DNA of 53,148 nucleotides from a virus (lineage: Duplodnaviria > Caudoviricetes): positions 1 to 53,148 of the IMG/VR virus record IMGVR_UViG_3300037104_000199. One strand, given 5' to 3'. Each line of letters begins with the position of its first letter. Position 1 is the first letter of the stretch. The notes below the pieces were generated by a model, which saw nothing but the letters and a program-made list of their open reading frames with translations, was not told the origin of the DNA and did not search any database. Shown piece by piece: positions 1 through 10,112 of the stretch. The position numbers and the translations under genes are program-made.

Positions 1-1757
1 ATATCAGAGGATACAGTAATAGGTACTGACTTGATAAGTGTTTCTGCTGTGCTTACCATAGCATCCACCATAATTTTCTTGATTTCCTCTGCTTGATTTT
101 TGGGGGAAATTACAACAATCTCATCATGTACTTGAAGAATAATATGTGCCCCACCAAAATAATTATGTAGTTCTTCATAAACTGCTATTAAAGCAAGCTT
201 GGTAATATCAGCACTCGACCCCTGTACAGGCGAATTGGCTCCCGCTCTCTTTATTGCCCCAACTTGCTTATCATAAGACTCTTGATCAATAAACTTGGGG
301 CGATTGAAATATCTTTTTCTACCATAGATAGTTTCAATAGAACCTGTTCTAAGAGCCCTCAATCCCTGTGACTCTAACCACCTAATAGCTATAGCATAGG
401 TTTTCTTATGTAGTTCAAGAAGTTCCTTAGCTCTAGTTATAGTAATTCTATCCTTAGGTGTTTCAGCAGCCTCATTTAGAGTCTCCATTAGCTTTTTGGC
501 ACCAGCCCCGTACACCACGGCAAAGTTAAGCGTTTTACTTAAGTATCTTTGCGCCTTAGTAACCTTATCCAATGGAATTTTAAACATCATAGAAGCTGTC
601 GCTTTATGTAGGTCATCCCCTGAATTAAAGGCACTAATAAGATTTGGGTCCTGGCTCATTTCGGCAAGCACTCTCAACTCTATTTGGGAGTAGTCACAAA
701 TTATTAATGAGTAATTAGGATCACCTACACACGCTCGTAATTCCTCAGGAATTTGCTGTACGTTAGGTTCTCTACAGCTAAATCTGCCTGTCTCGGTACC
801 AGCTTGGTCGAAGTCGGGGTGAAGCCTCCCAGTAAAAGGATGAATCTTCTCCAATAAGCTTAGACCATAAGTATCTACAATCTTCTGGTACCCTCGCCAA
901 TTTATTAGTTCCTTAGCTGCTGGATGATCTACTTTAGAAAGCTCAGTTTCCCCCGTAGTAGTTATATCTATGCCTATCTTTTGTAGAGTCTCTAAGAGTT
1001 GCTTAGGACTTCTAAGATTCATAGGCTGTCTTTCAAACATACCCACTTGTTCAGGCATATCATGCTCATCAAAGATTAATGAGAATATCTTCTGACTTGA
1101 AGCATCAAACTTATTTTGGTAATCCCTAATAATCTTGCGCCATTTTTCCTGCATAATAGGAATACCCGCAAGTTCCATTTCAGCAACAACGGGAGCAACA
1201 TCAAACTCTAACTGAGCAACCTGTGTAAGTCCAGCCTCTTCAAGTAACTTCATTTGCTGATTTCTAATATCAAACATAATGTAGGAGTCTTTTGCCGCGT
1301 ACCCTAACTGCTCCTCAGTAAAGGCTTGCATGGGGCGCATGGTAAGGAAACTCTTACGTATAGACTTATCTAATACTACACCAGTATACTTTAGAGCAAC
1401 ATCATCAAGACCATTTCTCTTGCCCCCAGGAATAAGAACCTTCTCAGCAAGAAGAGTATCAAATACACCTAGGATTTTAGTATTGTAGTAATGTAAAAAG
1501 AACTTGGACTCAAATTTAGCCTGATGGATAATCTTTACCCACTTCTTACTCTCCATGTAAGGAAGCAGCGGAGTAAGATCAACTTTTCGGGCATCAATAA
1601 CAAAGCAGTCACCGCCTTCAAAGGCAAGTTGACAGAGTAATATTCTAGAGTCAATAGGATTAAGCCCCGAAGTCTCCAAGTCTAATCCAACAACACTGTA
1701 CTTATTAAATTGCTCTAAAACGGCATCTAAAGTACCTTCTACAAACGTATAGTCCAT
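1..1757 (-). CDS. polA: DNA polymerase, family A (3'-5' exonuclease + polymerase); runs off the left edge
   Basis: Hand translation from ATG 1757 (TGATG overlap with upstream stop): exonuclease GLDLETSG, TETGRFSCREPNVQQIP, motif A DYSQIELRVLA, motif B RYLSKTLNFAVVYG, NSPVQGSSADI, motif C QVHDEIV. Not in the ORF track because its stop lies outside the window. Confidence 0.96.
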   Translation of the reverse strand, partial: MDYTFVEGTLDAVLEQFNKYSVVGLDLETSGLNPIDSRILLCQLAFEGGDCFVIDARKVDLTPLLPYMESKKWVKIIHQAKFESKFFLHYYNTKILGVFDTLLAEKVLIPGGKRNGLDDVALKYTGVVLDKSIRKSFLTMRPMQAFTEEQLGYAAKDSYIMFDIRNQQMKLLEEAGLTQVAQLEFDVAPVVAEMELAGIPIMQEKWRKIIRDYQNKFDASSQKIFSLIFDEHDMPEQVGMFERQPMNLRSPKQLLETLQKIGIDITTTGETELSKVDHPAAKELINWRGYQKIVDTYGLSLLEKIHPFTGRLHPDFDQAGTETGRFSCREPNVQQIPEELRACVGDPNYSLIICDYSQIELRVLAEMSQDPNLISAFNSGDDLHKATASMMFKIPLDKVTKAQRYLSKTLNFAVVYGAGAKKLMETLNEAAETPKDRITITRAKELLELHKKTYAIAIRWLESQGLRALRTGSIETIYGRKRYFNRPKFIDQESYDKQVGAIKRAGANSPVQGSSADITKLALIAVYEELHNYFGGAHIILQVHDEIVVISPKNQAEEIKKIMVDAMVSTAETLIKSVPITVSSD

Positions 1758-2227
1758 CAGTTTCCTTCTATACTATTTAGGTATGCAAAATCTTTAAAAT
1801 AAATTACTGCTGCCTCATTATAAGCTTTAGCAGCCTCTAACTCTGTATAAAATACACCCAAGTTTATAATCTTCCCATTCACAGTAATCCTAGCCCTCCA
1901 GGGTTTTGTAAGATTTGGAAGTTTTTCATAAGAAACTCCTTTGAAGGAAGACCCCCTATTCTTTATAGGTGCTCTATTATACATATTTTGTATGTGTGTA
2001 CACCCCCTTAGATTTTCTCTCCTATTATCTAAACCATTACCATTTATGTGATCTAAAAGCGTCTTCTTTCCCCAAACAAAGTGATGCATAAATCCTACCC
2101 TCTTACTTCTAGCATAGGTATTATTATGCTTCTCAGATGTAGCATACCACTTGTACTCAGAAAGGGTTTCAAATAAATCATCATCAACTAGTGCTTCTTT
2201 TCCTTGGGTTAAAGGTATTTTTCTCAA
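1757..2227 (-). CDS. HNH homing endonuclease with C-terminal AP2 domain
   Basis: MHH..DHINGNGLDNRRENLR (HNH); SSFKGVS..WRARI..LGVF..ELEAAKAYN (AP2). Confidence 0.92.
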   Translation of the reverse strand: MRKIPLTQGKEALVDDDLFETLSEYKWYATSEKHNNTYARSKRVGFMHHFVWGKKTLLDHINGNGLDNRRENLRGCTHIQNMYNRAPIKNRGSSFKGVSYEKLPNLTKPWRARITVNGKIINLGVFYTELEAAKAYNEAAVIYFKDFAYLNSIEGN

Positions 2228-3240
2228 AATAACTCCTTAGAAATATTCGACAAATGTGTAGTCCAAGTCTCGACTTGCTCCTTTACTATAGTATCAAATA
2301 AATCTTGCGCCCCCGGAAAACTAGATAACTCCCCAACATCCTTTACCCCTAATTCAGAGTAATCTAGAATCATAGCTCGGTCCCCAAACACTTCTTTGAG
2401 ACTCTTAGCTGCCTTCATCCCTGGTGGATCATTGTCTGGGACAATTATAATCCTCTTGCCTTCAAATAGCAAGCGGTTGTACTTAGTTAGATGGGTTCCC
2501 CCTAAGCATACCGCAGGGTAACCCCATTGGAGTAGAAGCATCCGGTCTATCTGACCCTCAACTACCATAATAGTTGAAGCAGTCCTAACCTCATAAAAAC
2601 CCATAACTGGTTTAGGAGCCCTGACCCCTAAATATTTCACGTGGTCATTTACAACTGTTCTACCTATGAGAAAGTCAGCTTGTTTCCTATCTAGTAAATT
2701 AGGTATTGTAACTCTATGGGATAAACATTCGCGCCCATCTTTAGTTATTAAGCCTATCTCAATACCTAGTATGTAATCCTCTGCCATCTGAAAGCTGAGA
2801 ACATTACCGTCTGTATACCCTAATTTGTATTTAGAGATTGTTTCATCCGTTAACCCCCTTCCATGAAAATAACTTAGTGCCCCTGGGGTTTTTAGTAGAA
2901 ATTTGTGGTACTGATCTGCTACACTATACAAAAAGGGCCAAGTTTTGGAGGGATTAGAAACCTTTATAACCATACTCTTATCTGCCCTAGGTTCTTTGTA
3001 ATCCTCACCTAAGTAAGCCCTAGCTTCCGCATTAGTCCAATGCTTAAAATCCATAAGAAACCTAAGAGCATCCCCCCATTTCTCACATCCAAAACAATAG
3101 TAAGTATCGTTAGGATAATAAGTAAATGATGGGGAGTGATCACCCTCGTGGAGGGGGCAATTAGTTTTCATAAGCCTACCACTAGAAGGTACCAACTCTA
3201 TGTTATTTTCGCCCAAAACCTCTAGTAGAGTCTTAGCCAT
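2224..3240 (-). CDS. dnaG: DNA primase (CHC2 zinc finger + TOPRIM)
   Basis: CPLH..SPSF..YYCFGC zinc finger; VVEGQID and PDNDPPG TOPRIM motifs. Confidence 0.92.
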   Translation of the reverse strand: MAKTLLEVLGENNIELVPSSGRLMKTNCPLHEGDHSPSFTYYPNDTYYCFGCEKWGDALRFLMDFKHWTNAEARAYLGEDYKEPRADKSMVIKVSNPSKTWPFLYSVADQYHKFLLKTPGALSYFHGRGLTDETISKYKLGYTDGNVLSFQMAEDYILGIEIGLITKDGRECLSHRVTIPNLLDRKQADFLIGRTVVNDHVKYLGVRAPKPVMGFYEVRTASTIMVVEGQIDRMLLLQWGYPAVCLGGTHLTKYNRLLFEGKRIIIVPDNDPPGMKAAKSLKEVFGDRAMILDYSELGVKDVGELSSFPGAQDLFDTIVKEQVETWTTHLSNISKELF

Positions 3241-3250
3241 AGTAACTCCT

Positions 3251-3688
3251 TTAGGCTGCTAAGTGTTCCAGTACATAAGCCGCTTCATCTAGGGAAGAAA
3301 CTACATAACCAACGCTTTCCCTAATCATAGGGTGATTATGTATACTATCCTCACTCATAATAAGTATGATAGGCTTTCTACCTAAGTCAGCCCAAGCAAT
3401 TTCCATTACAGTTCCAATAGATACCTTTTCCGCGCCAAGAAAATTAACTATGACTACATCTGCTCTAACGCAGTCCCACCTATCTCTTGTGGTTAACCCT
3501 CTAGCAGAGGATAGAACCTTATCCTCATAAGAGCCTTGTATACTTGTCTCTTTCTCCAAATACTCCTTACCCCTAAGAGGGGAAAGGAATTCAATATTGT
3601 CAAACTTACTACCAAACCAATTGCGCCACCCAGTAGCCTCTTCCCAACTTTTACCAGCTATTGGTCCAGCTAAATAAACCTTTAACAT
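3251..3688 (-). CDS. nucleoside 2-deoxyribosyltransferase / nucleotide N-glycosidase family protein
   Basis: VYLAGPI, RD....RAD, SIGTVMEIAWA..KPII motifs. Confidence 0.82.
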   Translation of the reverse strand: MLKVYLAGPIAGKSWEEATGWRNWFGSKFDNIEFLSPLRGKEYLEKETSIQGSYEDKVLSSARGLTTRDRWDCVRADVVIVNFLGAEKVSIGTVMEIAWADLGRKPIILIMSEDSIHNHPMIRESVGYVVSSLDEAAYVLEHLAA

Positions 3689-3690
3689 TC

Positions 3691-5517
3691 CTACTCCTTT
3701 ACTTCAATTATGGGTTTATGGGCAACATCGCACATCCCGTCTGGACAACCCATGATAGAACTTTCAGCTATTGTACCATCTAATGCGCCCTTATTCTTCT
3801 TGACTAGCTTTTCAACCTGATCAAGAGGAATGGCTTCCAAAGGTTCCTCACCACGACTTCCGGCGCGATAGAAGGTTGTCCCCTTCACATAGGGCAGGTA
3901 TTCTAACCACAGATCACTCAGGTTGTCAATAGGATAATTCTGAGGTAGGTTTGTTGTTTTTGCTATGGCTGAATCAATATGCTTCTGAACGACCCTCTGT
4001 ACCTCTAGATGATTTTCGGGGGAGATATCATATGCCCCTTCAAGTAAGGACTTATCCTCAATAGTGTTCCATATAGGGTCAACTACTAGTTCCTTGTCTA
4101 ACTTCCTTGAACCATCCTCAGTAGGACGATAAAAGCGTCTCCAATAGGCAGGAGCAAAGATAGGTTCTAATCCAGAAGAAACGTTTGAAATAAGCGATGT
4201 GCTGCCAGTAGGTGCAACCGTATTGAGCGCAGCATTCCTTATACCAAACTTCCTAATCTTCATCTGTAACTTTTGAGGAATTGCCCTTCTTACAAAACCA
4301 GACTCTAAGAACTCATCCGCATAAACAGGGAAAGCTCCCTTCTCTTTGGCTAACTCAATAGAGGCTTCATAAGAAGCAATCTTAATAAAGTGAAATAGTT
4401 CATCAATAAACTTATGTGCAGACTCAGAGGAGTACTTGTAACCTAGTTCTAGTAATAATGTATGAAGACCCATAATACCCAAACCTATACGCCTAACATT
4501 AAGAACATTTTCTCTAATTTCGGGCAATGGGTATTCTGTGGTGTCTAGAACATCATCCAAAAATCTAACTGCTACTTTTATTGTTGCCCTAAGTTGATCC
4601 CAGTCCAATGTACCATTAGATATAAATCTAGGAAGAACCAAAGACCCTAAGCAACACGCGCCGCCTCCCTCCAGGGGCTGCTCGCTGCATGCGTTGCAAA
4701 TGATTATTGGTTTGTAATAATGAATATTATTCTCTTTATTAGAGAGGTCCAGATTTAGAATTCCTGGCTCACCACTATTCCAAGCATTTTGAACGATCTT
4801 TTCCCAGATACTCTTAGCATTTACTTTTGTGGCAATAGTGTTATGCCAGGTAAGATCATAGTCCTTACCCTCCTTTACTGCGCGAACCCACTTAACTGCG
4901 GGCATTTTCTTATCAATGATAAGGGATATATTAGCATTAGTAAGTTCTTTCTTATCTAACTTTATATCAAGAAACTCAGGCATATCTGGATGTGTAATAT
5001 TGAGCGCCAGTAGCAAAGCCAAACGACGGCCCCCTCCTGATACAAGCACATCCCCAACACGATCAATCATCTGCATAAGACTTACAGCACCAGTAGCTAT
5101 TCCCCCAGTTCCATTAATCTTGGAACCTCTGGGCCTGATACTTGACATATTCATACCAATTCCGCCACCCATACCAGAAACAACTATAACATCTGAAATA
5201 GCCTTACCCCATCCCTCCCTAGAGTCCCCCGGCATGGAGAGTCCATAACAGTTGATAGCGTGAGCCCTAGTTCTACCCGCACCATACCAAATTCTTCCAC
5301 CAGGATTAAATCTATTAGTTACAATTTCCTGATAAAAAAGTTCTTCGAATTTAGATCGTATCTCCCCTAACTCGGCAGCAGATACATGTCTGGAAACTCT
5401 TCTTGCGCCCTCTTCCCAAGTTTCTGTTGGGTGAATGGCGTGCCTCTCAGAAAAAATTGTACTAGGAAGTCCTTCTTTTGGTGTAAATACTTCTTGTAAT
5501 TTAATACCCTTAAGCAC
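3691..5517 (-). CDS. nrdJ: ribonucleotide reductase, probably class II (B12-dependent)
   Basis: PGGRI, NCY, GGGIG, GEPG, NACSE (variant of the NPCxE thiyl motif), CCLGS, RRIGLG, VAPTGS, C-terminal CPDGMC; no beta subunit nearby. Confidence 0.88.
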   Translation of the reverse strand: MLKGIKLQEVFTPKEGLPSTIFSERHAIHPTETWEEGARRVSRHVSAAELGEIRSKFEELFYQEIVTNRFNPGGRIWYGAGRTRAHAINCYGLSMPGDSREGWGKAISDVIVVSGMGGGIGMNMSSIRPRGSKINGTGGIATGAVSLMQMIDRVGDVLVSGGGRRLALLLALNITHPDMPEFLDIKLDKKELTNANISLIIDKKMPAVKWVRAVKEGKDYDLTWHNTIATKVNAKSIWEKIVQNAWNSGEPGILNLDLSNKENNIHYYKPIIICNACSEQPLEGGGACCLGSLVLPRFISNGTLDWDQLRATIKVAVRFLDDVLDTTEYPLPEIRENVLNVRRIGLGIMGLHTLLLELGYKYSSESAHKFIDELFHFIKIASYEASIELAKEKGAFPVYADEFLESGFVRRAIPQKLQMKIRKFGIRNAALNTVAPTGSTSLISNVSSGLEPIFAPAYWRRFYRPTEDGSRKLDKELVVDPIWNTIEDKSLLEGAYDISPENHLEVQRVVQKHIDSAIAKTTNLPQNYPIDNLSDLWLEYLPYVKGTTFYRAGSRGEEPLEAIPLDQVEKLVKKNKGALDGTIAESSIMGCPDGMCDVAHKPIIEVKE

Positions 5518-5981
5518 TAAGCATCAATCTCCTTAATTTTATCTGTTTCTTGCGCCGAATTTAAGAAATCCCAATAAAGGGGACATTCAATCACATCAGC
5601 GCCTTCTTGGTACGAACAAATATAAGGAAGATAACACTTTAGTTTTCTTGCCTTAGGTTGTCTTATTTCCTTCCAGCATTTTCTTTGAAATTTACAAGGT
5701 ATAAATGTCTTAGTAGTAATTCGTCTTGGTTTAGATACATAGTTATCTACTAAAGCAATAACCCTAAATCCAGAATTAGTTGACACTACCTCCAAATTTT
5801 CTGGCGCATTATTTTTTGTATCACCATCAATATGCCTAACATCCTCATCCTGAGTCAGAGATCGTTCAAGTACCTTTTCCGCCACCAATATTTGTTCTGG
5901 TACATAGCCACCTCCTACTGCTCTTACATGACTCGGATCGTAAACAAGAACATAGTAGTCAATAATTCTCTCGCCTAACAT
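5517..5981 (-). CDS. degenerate HNH-like protein with Cys-rich C-terminus
   Basis: PEQILVAE..VRHIDGDTKNNAPENLEV resembles the EHR..VHHIDG..NN..NL HNH motif with His substitutions. Confidence 0.6.
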   Translation of the reverse strand: MLGERIIDYYVLVYDPSHVRAVGGGYVPEQILVAEKVLERSLTQDEDVRHIDGDTKNNAPENLEVVSTNSGFRVIALVDNYVSKPRRITTKTFIPCKFQRKCWKEIRQPKARKLKCYLPYICSYQEGADVIECPLYWDFLNSAQETDKIKEIDA

Positions 5982-6194
5982 ATCTCTCCTTTATAAGTGG
6001 TAACTATCTAACTGCCTCAGGTCCTCCCTTTAGGGCATCATTGTACCACAAAACTACTGTCCTGTATTGTGAAGGTTTCTTATCCTAGTACCTATTGACT
6101 TTGACCCAAGAGTGTGCTACTCGCATGCGGGCGTAGATTAATGCTATCGGACAGTATGATCAGTAACTGCTCAGTTGGTACAGTACTAGCTCTG

Positions 6195-6293
6195 TTACTA
6201 GCTAAGTACTTAACGTACTTAGCTTAGTAAGAACGAAGTTAGCTACGTTAATAGCTAAAGCTATTAACTACGCTAACTTAGGGCTGAAGCCCT
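6195..6293. repeat. three consecutive inverted repeats in a divergent intergenic region (candidate origin or regulatory site)
   Basis: TTACTAGCTAAGTAC/GTACTTAGC-T-TAGTAA; AAGTTAGC..GTTAATAGCT/AGCTATTAAC..GCTAACTT; AGGGCT/AGCCCT. Confidence 0.75.
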
Positions 6294-6408
6294 GAAATTT
6301 AAAAAGTTCTTTACTTTTGGGGATGTTTGTGGTAGTATTATGCTGTTCGTTCTCTCTCTCTTTCGTCGCTGCCAGAGAATGGCGCAAATAATACTAAGGA
6401 GGTTACTA

Positions 6409-6591
6409 ATGCTTGATTATGGATTTAGAAGTGCTTGCTGTGGAAGTCCTATCCGACTAGGAACTCGCACCGTCAAGAAGACCAAGCAGACGGTCAAGGT
6501 CTGGGTCTGTTGCAAGTGCCAATCTTTCGATTGTGACATAGTGCCCACAGGTGGGGGCAAAAGTCAAGAGCCAGAATCCTTTGCAGATTAG
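6409..6591 (+). CDS. small Cys-rich (zinc-ribbon-like) protein
   Basis: AAGGAGG RBS before ATG 6409; SACCG and CCKC motifs. Confidence 0.65.
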   Translation: MLDYGFRSACCGSPIRLGTRTVKKTKQTVKVWVCCKCQSFDCDIVPTGGGKSQEPESFAD

Positions 6592-6594
6592 GGG

Positions 6595-6623
6595 TTGACA
6601 CTACTAGTGGTTTGTGGTACTCT
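6595..6623 (+). promoter_or_regulatory. sigma70-type promoter with extended -10
   Basis: TTGACA-17 nt-TACTCT with TGTGG immediately before the -10. Confidence 0.75.
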
Positions 6624-6785
6624 GACAGAGTTATGCTTGAAGCACAGCACCTTGATTGCAAGCGTAAAAATATAGGCGTTGGGTGGCTTTCAGATTTGCC
6701 CCACAATAGGGCCAGGAACCACGGAGCCGAGAGTTTAGGTGGCCGAACGAGTAAGTGGCCATCTTCCCAAAAATAAGGAGATTTT

Positions 6786-8354
6786 ATGACCATAGCCCCT
6801 AAAACGGTGGACGGTAGAGATACTTCTACACTACCTAAGTATAGTACAAAGAAAGTTGAAAGAACTTGTGATTCCTGTGGGGAAGTTTCAATTGTAAGTT
6901 GGCAAGATGTACTTAAAACAAGTTCTAGAAGAGGGGGCATAACTCTATGTTACACATGTGCCATGAAGTTAAACTCTGGGGATAATAATGTTTCTAAAAG
7001 ACCAGAAGTAAGAGCAAAGATATCAGAAAGGACTACTGGTAAACCTAAAAATTTTGGAAATCTAGAAAACCCTAGACTCCTTAAACGAAAACTTACTACA
7101 GCGGGGTATGTTTTAGTATGGGATGAGGTAACTAAAAAATATACACCTGAACATAGATTACTATTAGGACTATCACAAATGGATGGTAAGCAAGTACACC
7201 ATATAGATGGCAATAAGAGAAATAACTCTAAAGATAATTTAGTTATTATAAACTCCCCAGAAGAGCATAACAAACTACATACTCAACTAGAGTCCCTAGC
7301 CTTTCAACAGGTTAGTCTAGGGAATATTTACTTTGATAAAACTACTAATAATTACACACTTAAAGATGAGTCTAGTACCATACCCCTTAGTTTAGGCTTT
7401 GAAGATATAGCTATCTCTGAAAATAAGGCAACTATAAAATCTCGTTCAGAGATTGATATTAGTTCTGAGATTATTAGGGGTCTTAAATTACAAATTCCAC
7501 TTATTTCCTCTAATATGACTACTGTTACAAACCCACATTTTTGCTCTATTTTAGATTCTTTGGGATGCCTAGGAATTTTACCACGAACAGGAAACTCTGA
7601 AGAACAGAAGGATCAGGTAATATCCTTAAAGAAGGTATGTGAGACTGTTGCTACGTCTGTAGGTATCAGGGAGGGCCAACTAGAGCTAGCTAAAAATCTA
7701 ATTAGGGCGGGTGCCTCAATTATTGTGATTGATGTAGCTCATGGCTACTCTGAGTATGTTATGGCTTTTGGTAAAACTCTAAAAGCTTTTAGCCCATCAA
7801 CTAAAATTGTTGTTGGAAACTCTACCAATCCTGGGATTCTTTATGAGTCCTACAAATGGGCAGATGCTATAAAAGTAGGAATTGCACAAGGTTTTGCCTG
7901 TGAAACTAAGAATGTTGCGGGAGCTACTGAAAAGCAATTTTCGGCATTACTAAAATTCAAAAGAATTTCTTCTGAATTTGAAGTTCCTGTTATTAGTGAT
8001 GGAGGGATAAGAGAACCTGCTGATTTCGTTAAAGCCATTGGTGCTGGAGCCCATTCAGTTATGGCGGGTAAGGTTTTTGCTGCCTGTCCAGAAAGTGCTG
8101 CACCTTATGTAACTATTGAGGGGGGATTTTTAAAGAAGCTATATGCAGGTATGGCCTCTAGGTATGTCCAAGAAATCATGCATGGTACAGTACATAATGA
8201 TGCACCTGAAGGTACTATCAAGTATCTAGATATAGGAGAATCTGTAACAGACTTAGTTGCTAGGTATGCTGGGGCTCTTAGGTCGGGTATATCCTATTCT
8301 GGTGGAAGTAGTATAGAAACATTTCAAACCAGTGTAAACTGGGTAAGAATTTAA
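6786..8354 (+). CDS. HNH endonuclease fused in frame to a GuaB/GMP-reductase (IMPDH family) domain
   Basis: N-terminal CxxC..CxxC and EHR..VHHIDGNKRNN..NL; from about aa 200 LGFEDIAI, PLISSNM, IDVAHG, KVGIAQGFACET, ISDGGI..KAIGAGA..VMAG, YAGMAS, APEG, LRSGISYSG; no CBS domains. Confidence 0.9.
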   Translation: MTIAPKTVDGRDTSTLPKYSTKKVERTCDSCGEVSIVSWQDVLKTSSRRGGITLCYTCAMKLNSGDNNVSKRPEVRAKISERTTGKPKNFGNLENPRLLKRKLTTAGYVLVWDEVTKKYTPEHRLLLGLSQMDGKQVHHIDGNKRNNSKDNLVIINSPEEHNKLHTQLESLAFQQVSLGNIYFDKTTNNYTLKDESSTIPLSLGFEDIAISENKATIKSRSEIDISSEIIRGLKLQIPLISSNMTTVTNPHFCSILDSLGCLGILPRTGNSEEQKDQVISLKKVCETVATSVGIREGQLELAKNLIRAGASIIVIDVAHGYSEYVMAFGKTLKAFSPSTKIVVGNSTNPGILYESYKWADAIKVGIAQGFACETKNVAGATEKQFSALLKFKRISSEFEVPVISDGGIREPADFVKAIGAGAHSVMAGKVFAACPESAAPYVTIEGGFLKKLYAGMASRYVQEIMHGTVHNDAPEGTIKYLDIGESVTDLVARYAGALRSGISYSGGSSIETFQTSVNWVRI

Positions 8355-8363
8355 AGGAGACTT

Positions 8364-9374
8364 ATGGTTAAGAAAAATACCCCTATAAATAATCAATCAG
8401 CTATTGATGCGGCCATTTCTCAGATTGAGAAGCAGTTTGGTATGGGCTCTATTATGCGCTTTGGGTCTATGGAAAGGCAGTCTGTAGATGTTATACCTAC
8501 GGGTTCTTTGGCTCTTGATGCCGCATTGGGTGTCGGGGGAATTCCTAGAGGTAGAATAACGGAAATTTATGGGTCTGAATCGGCTGGTAAGAGTACCCTC
8601 TGTCAACATATTCTAGCAGAGGCACAGAAGGCGGGGGGAAAAGTTGCTTACATAGATGTAGAGCAAACATTAGACCCTGCGTACGCAAAAGCGTGCGGAT
8701 TAGATATAGATGAAATGTACATCAGCCAGCCGGATACAGGAGAACAAGCTTTACAAATAGCAGAGCATCTTATTAACTCTGGAGCTATTACTTGTGTAAT
8801 TGTTGACTCTGTTGCCGCACTTTTACCCAAGGCTGAGATTGAGGGGGAGATTGGGGATTCCTATGTAGGTGTTCAGGCTCGTCTTATGAGTCAAGCTCTT
8901 AGAAAGTTAGCAGGAGCAGTCAATAGAACTAATACTGCCTTAATCTTTACTAATCAACTTAGAGAAAAGATTGGTTTTACCCGGGGAAATCCAGAAATTG
9001 TTTCCGGGGGGAAAGCTCTTAAGTACTATGCTAGTGTTCGGTTAGATGTGCGAAAAATTGAAACACTCCTAGTAGGAGACTCTTCTAGTGGCATACGTTC
9101 TAAGGTAAAGGTAGTCAAGAATAAAGTTGCCCCTCCCTTTAGAGTTGCTGAGTTTGATATCACTTTCGGTGAAGGAATTTCGCGCGAAGGGGATATTCTT
9201 GATATAGCTGTAGAGCATAAGTTAGTAGATAAGGCAGGAGCCTGGTACAGCTATGGTGAGACACGAGTAGGCCAGGGTAGGGAGCAAAGTAAGGAATATC
9301 TGCGTAACAACCCAGAGGTCCTTACAGGTTTAGAAAATCAACTAAGACATAAGTTATTTGGAGAGGAGCTTTAG
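8364..9374 (+). CDS. recA: RecA recombinase (full-length, bacterial type)
   Basis: [57 protein letters not shown]. Confidence 0.98.
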   Translation: MVKKNTPINNQSAIDAAISQIEKQFGMGSIMRFGSMERQSVDVIPTGSLALDAALGVGGIPRGRITEIYGSESAGKSTLCQHILAEAQKAGGKVAYIDVEQTLDPAYAKACGLDIDEMYISQPDTGEQALQIAEHLINSGAITCVIVDSVAALLPKAEIEGEIGDSYVGVQARLMSQALRKLAGAVNRTNTALIFTNQLREKIGFTRGNPEIVSGGKALKYYASVRLDVRKIETLLVGDSSSGIRSKVKVVKNKVAPPFRVAEFDITFGEGISREGDILDIAVEHKLVDKAGAWYSYGETRVGQGREQSKEYLRNNPEVLTGLENQLRHKLFGEEL

Positions 9375-9671
9375 ATGGCAATAACACCAGAGGAGTTTAT
9401 TAAGGGCGCGGAGGAAAAGGCTCCAGAACAACAGTGGAGACATAGGTGGTTTACTACTATCATTCCTTGTGGTAATTTAAATGAACCCCTTGTATGTAAT
9501 TATTGCCCCAATTGTCGGGCAATATATACACAGGCTGTTGCCGTACCTATGTATGATAACGCAGGGGGAATGTACGAAAGATACTCGGGGCAGTTGATAC
9601 AAAGTGATCTAGCTACAATCAGTAAGCTAGACCTTCCTAAAAATGGCTGTGAAGGACCAGAGGGCATATAG
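9375..9671 (+). CDS. hypothetical protein (CxxC)
   Basis: Abuts recA, GAGGAG RBS, CNYCPNC. Confidence 0.6.
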   Translation: MAITPEEFIKGAEEKAPEQQWRHRWFTTIIPCGNLNEPLVCNYCPNCRAIYTQAVAVPMYDNAGGMYERYSGQLIQSDLATISKLDLPKNGCEGPEGI

Positions 9672-9895
9672 TGGGTGAAACTAAAGTGGGGGTTCGTCCA
9701 CCCCGTTGCCCAATCTGTAATGGTATCGTGAGGCCGGACGGTAGTGCCTACAATTGGGAACTGACACCTGAGCATCCTGGCAGATTCAATGACGCCCCCT
9801 GGTATGGTTGGAGGTGTGAGCAGTGCCAGAGGTTATTTAAAACTGAGGTTTTGTGGTCAGGGCACAAATGCGGGGAGAACAGAAATGACAACTGA
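9671..9895 (+). CDS. hypothetical zinc-ribbon protein
   Basis: Overlapping start/stop; CPIC..CEQC. Confidence 0.55.
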   Translation: MGETKVGVRPPRCPICNGIVRPDGSAYNWELTPEHPGRFNDAPWYGWRCEQCQRLFKTEVLWSGHKCGENRNDN

Positions 9896-10103
9896 TCAAT
9901 GTAGTATTTGTGGAACTTATAGCTATTTAGCACTTCCTAAGTATCATAGCCCCTTCTATAACTCCTATGAGGGCTACAGAACGCCCTCTAAGGACTGTAG
10001 GTTTAGGGAATGGTCAGATAGGTACCATGTATGCTGGACTTGTAGATGTGGGCATACTTGGCAAACTGATATTGGATACACAGTAGACAATAAAAAAATA
10101 TAG
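9885..10103 (+). CDS. hypothetical zinc-ribbon protein
   Basis: ATG 9885 after GGGGAG; CSIC..CRCGHTW. Confidence 0.55.
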   Translation: MTTDQCSICGTYSYLALPKYHSPFYNSYEGYRTPSKDCRFREWSDRYHVCWTCRCGHTWQTDIGYTVDNKKI

Positions 10104-10112
10104 GTTAAATAG

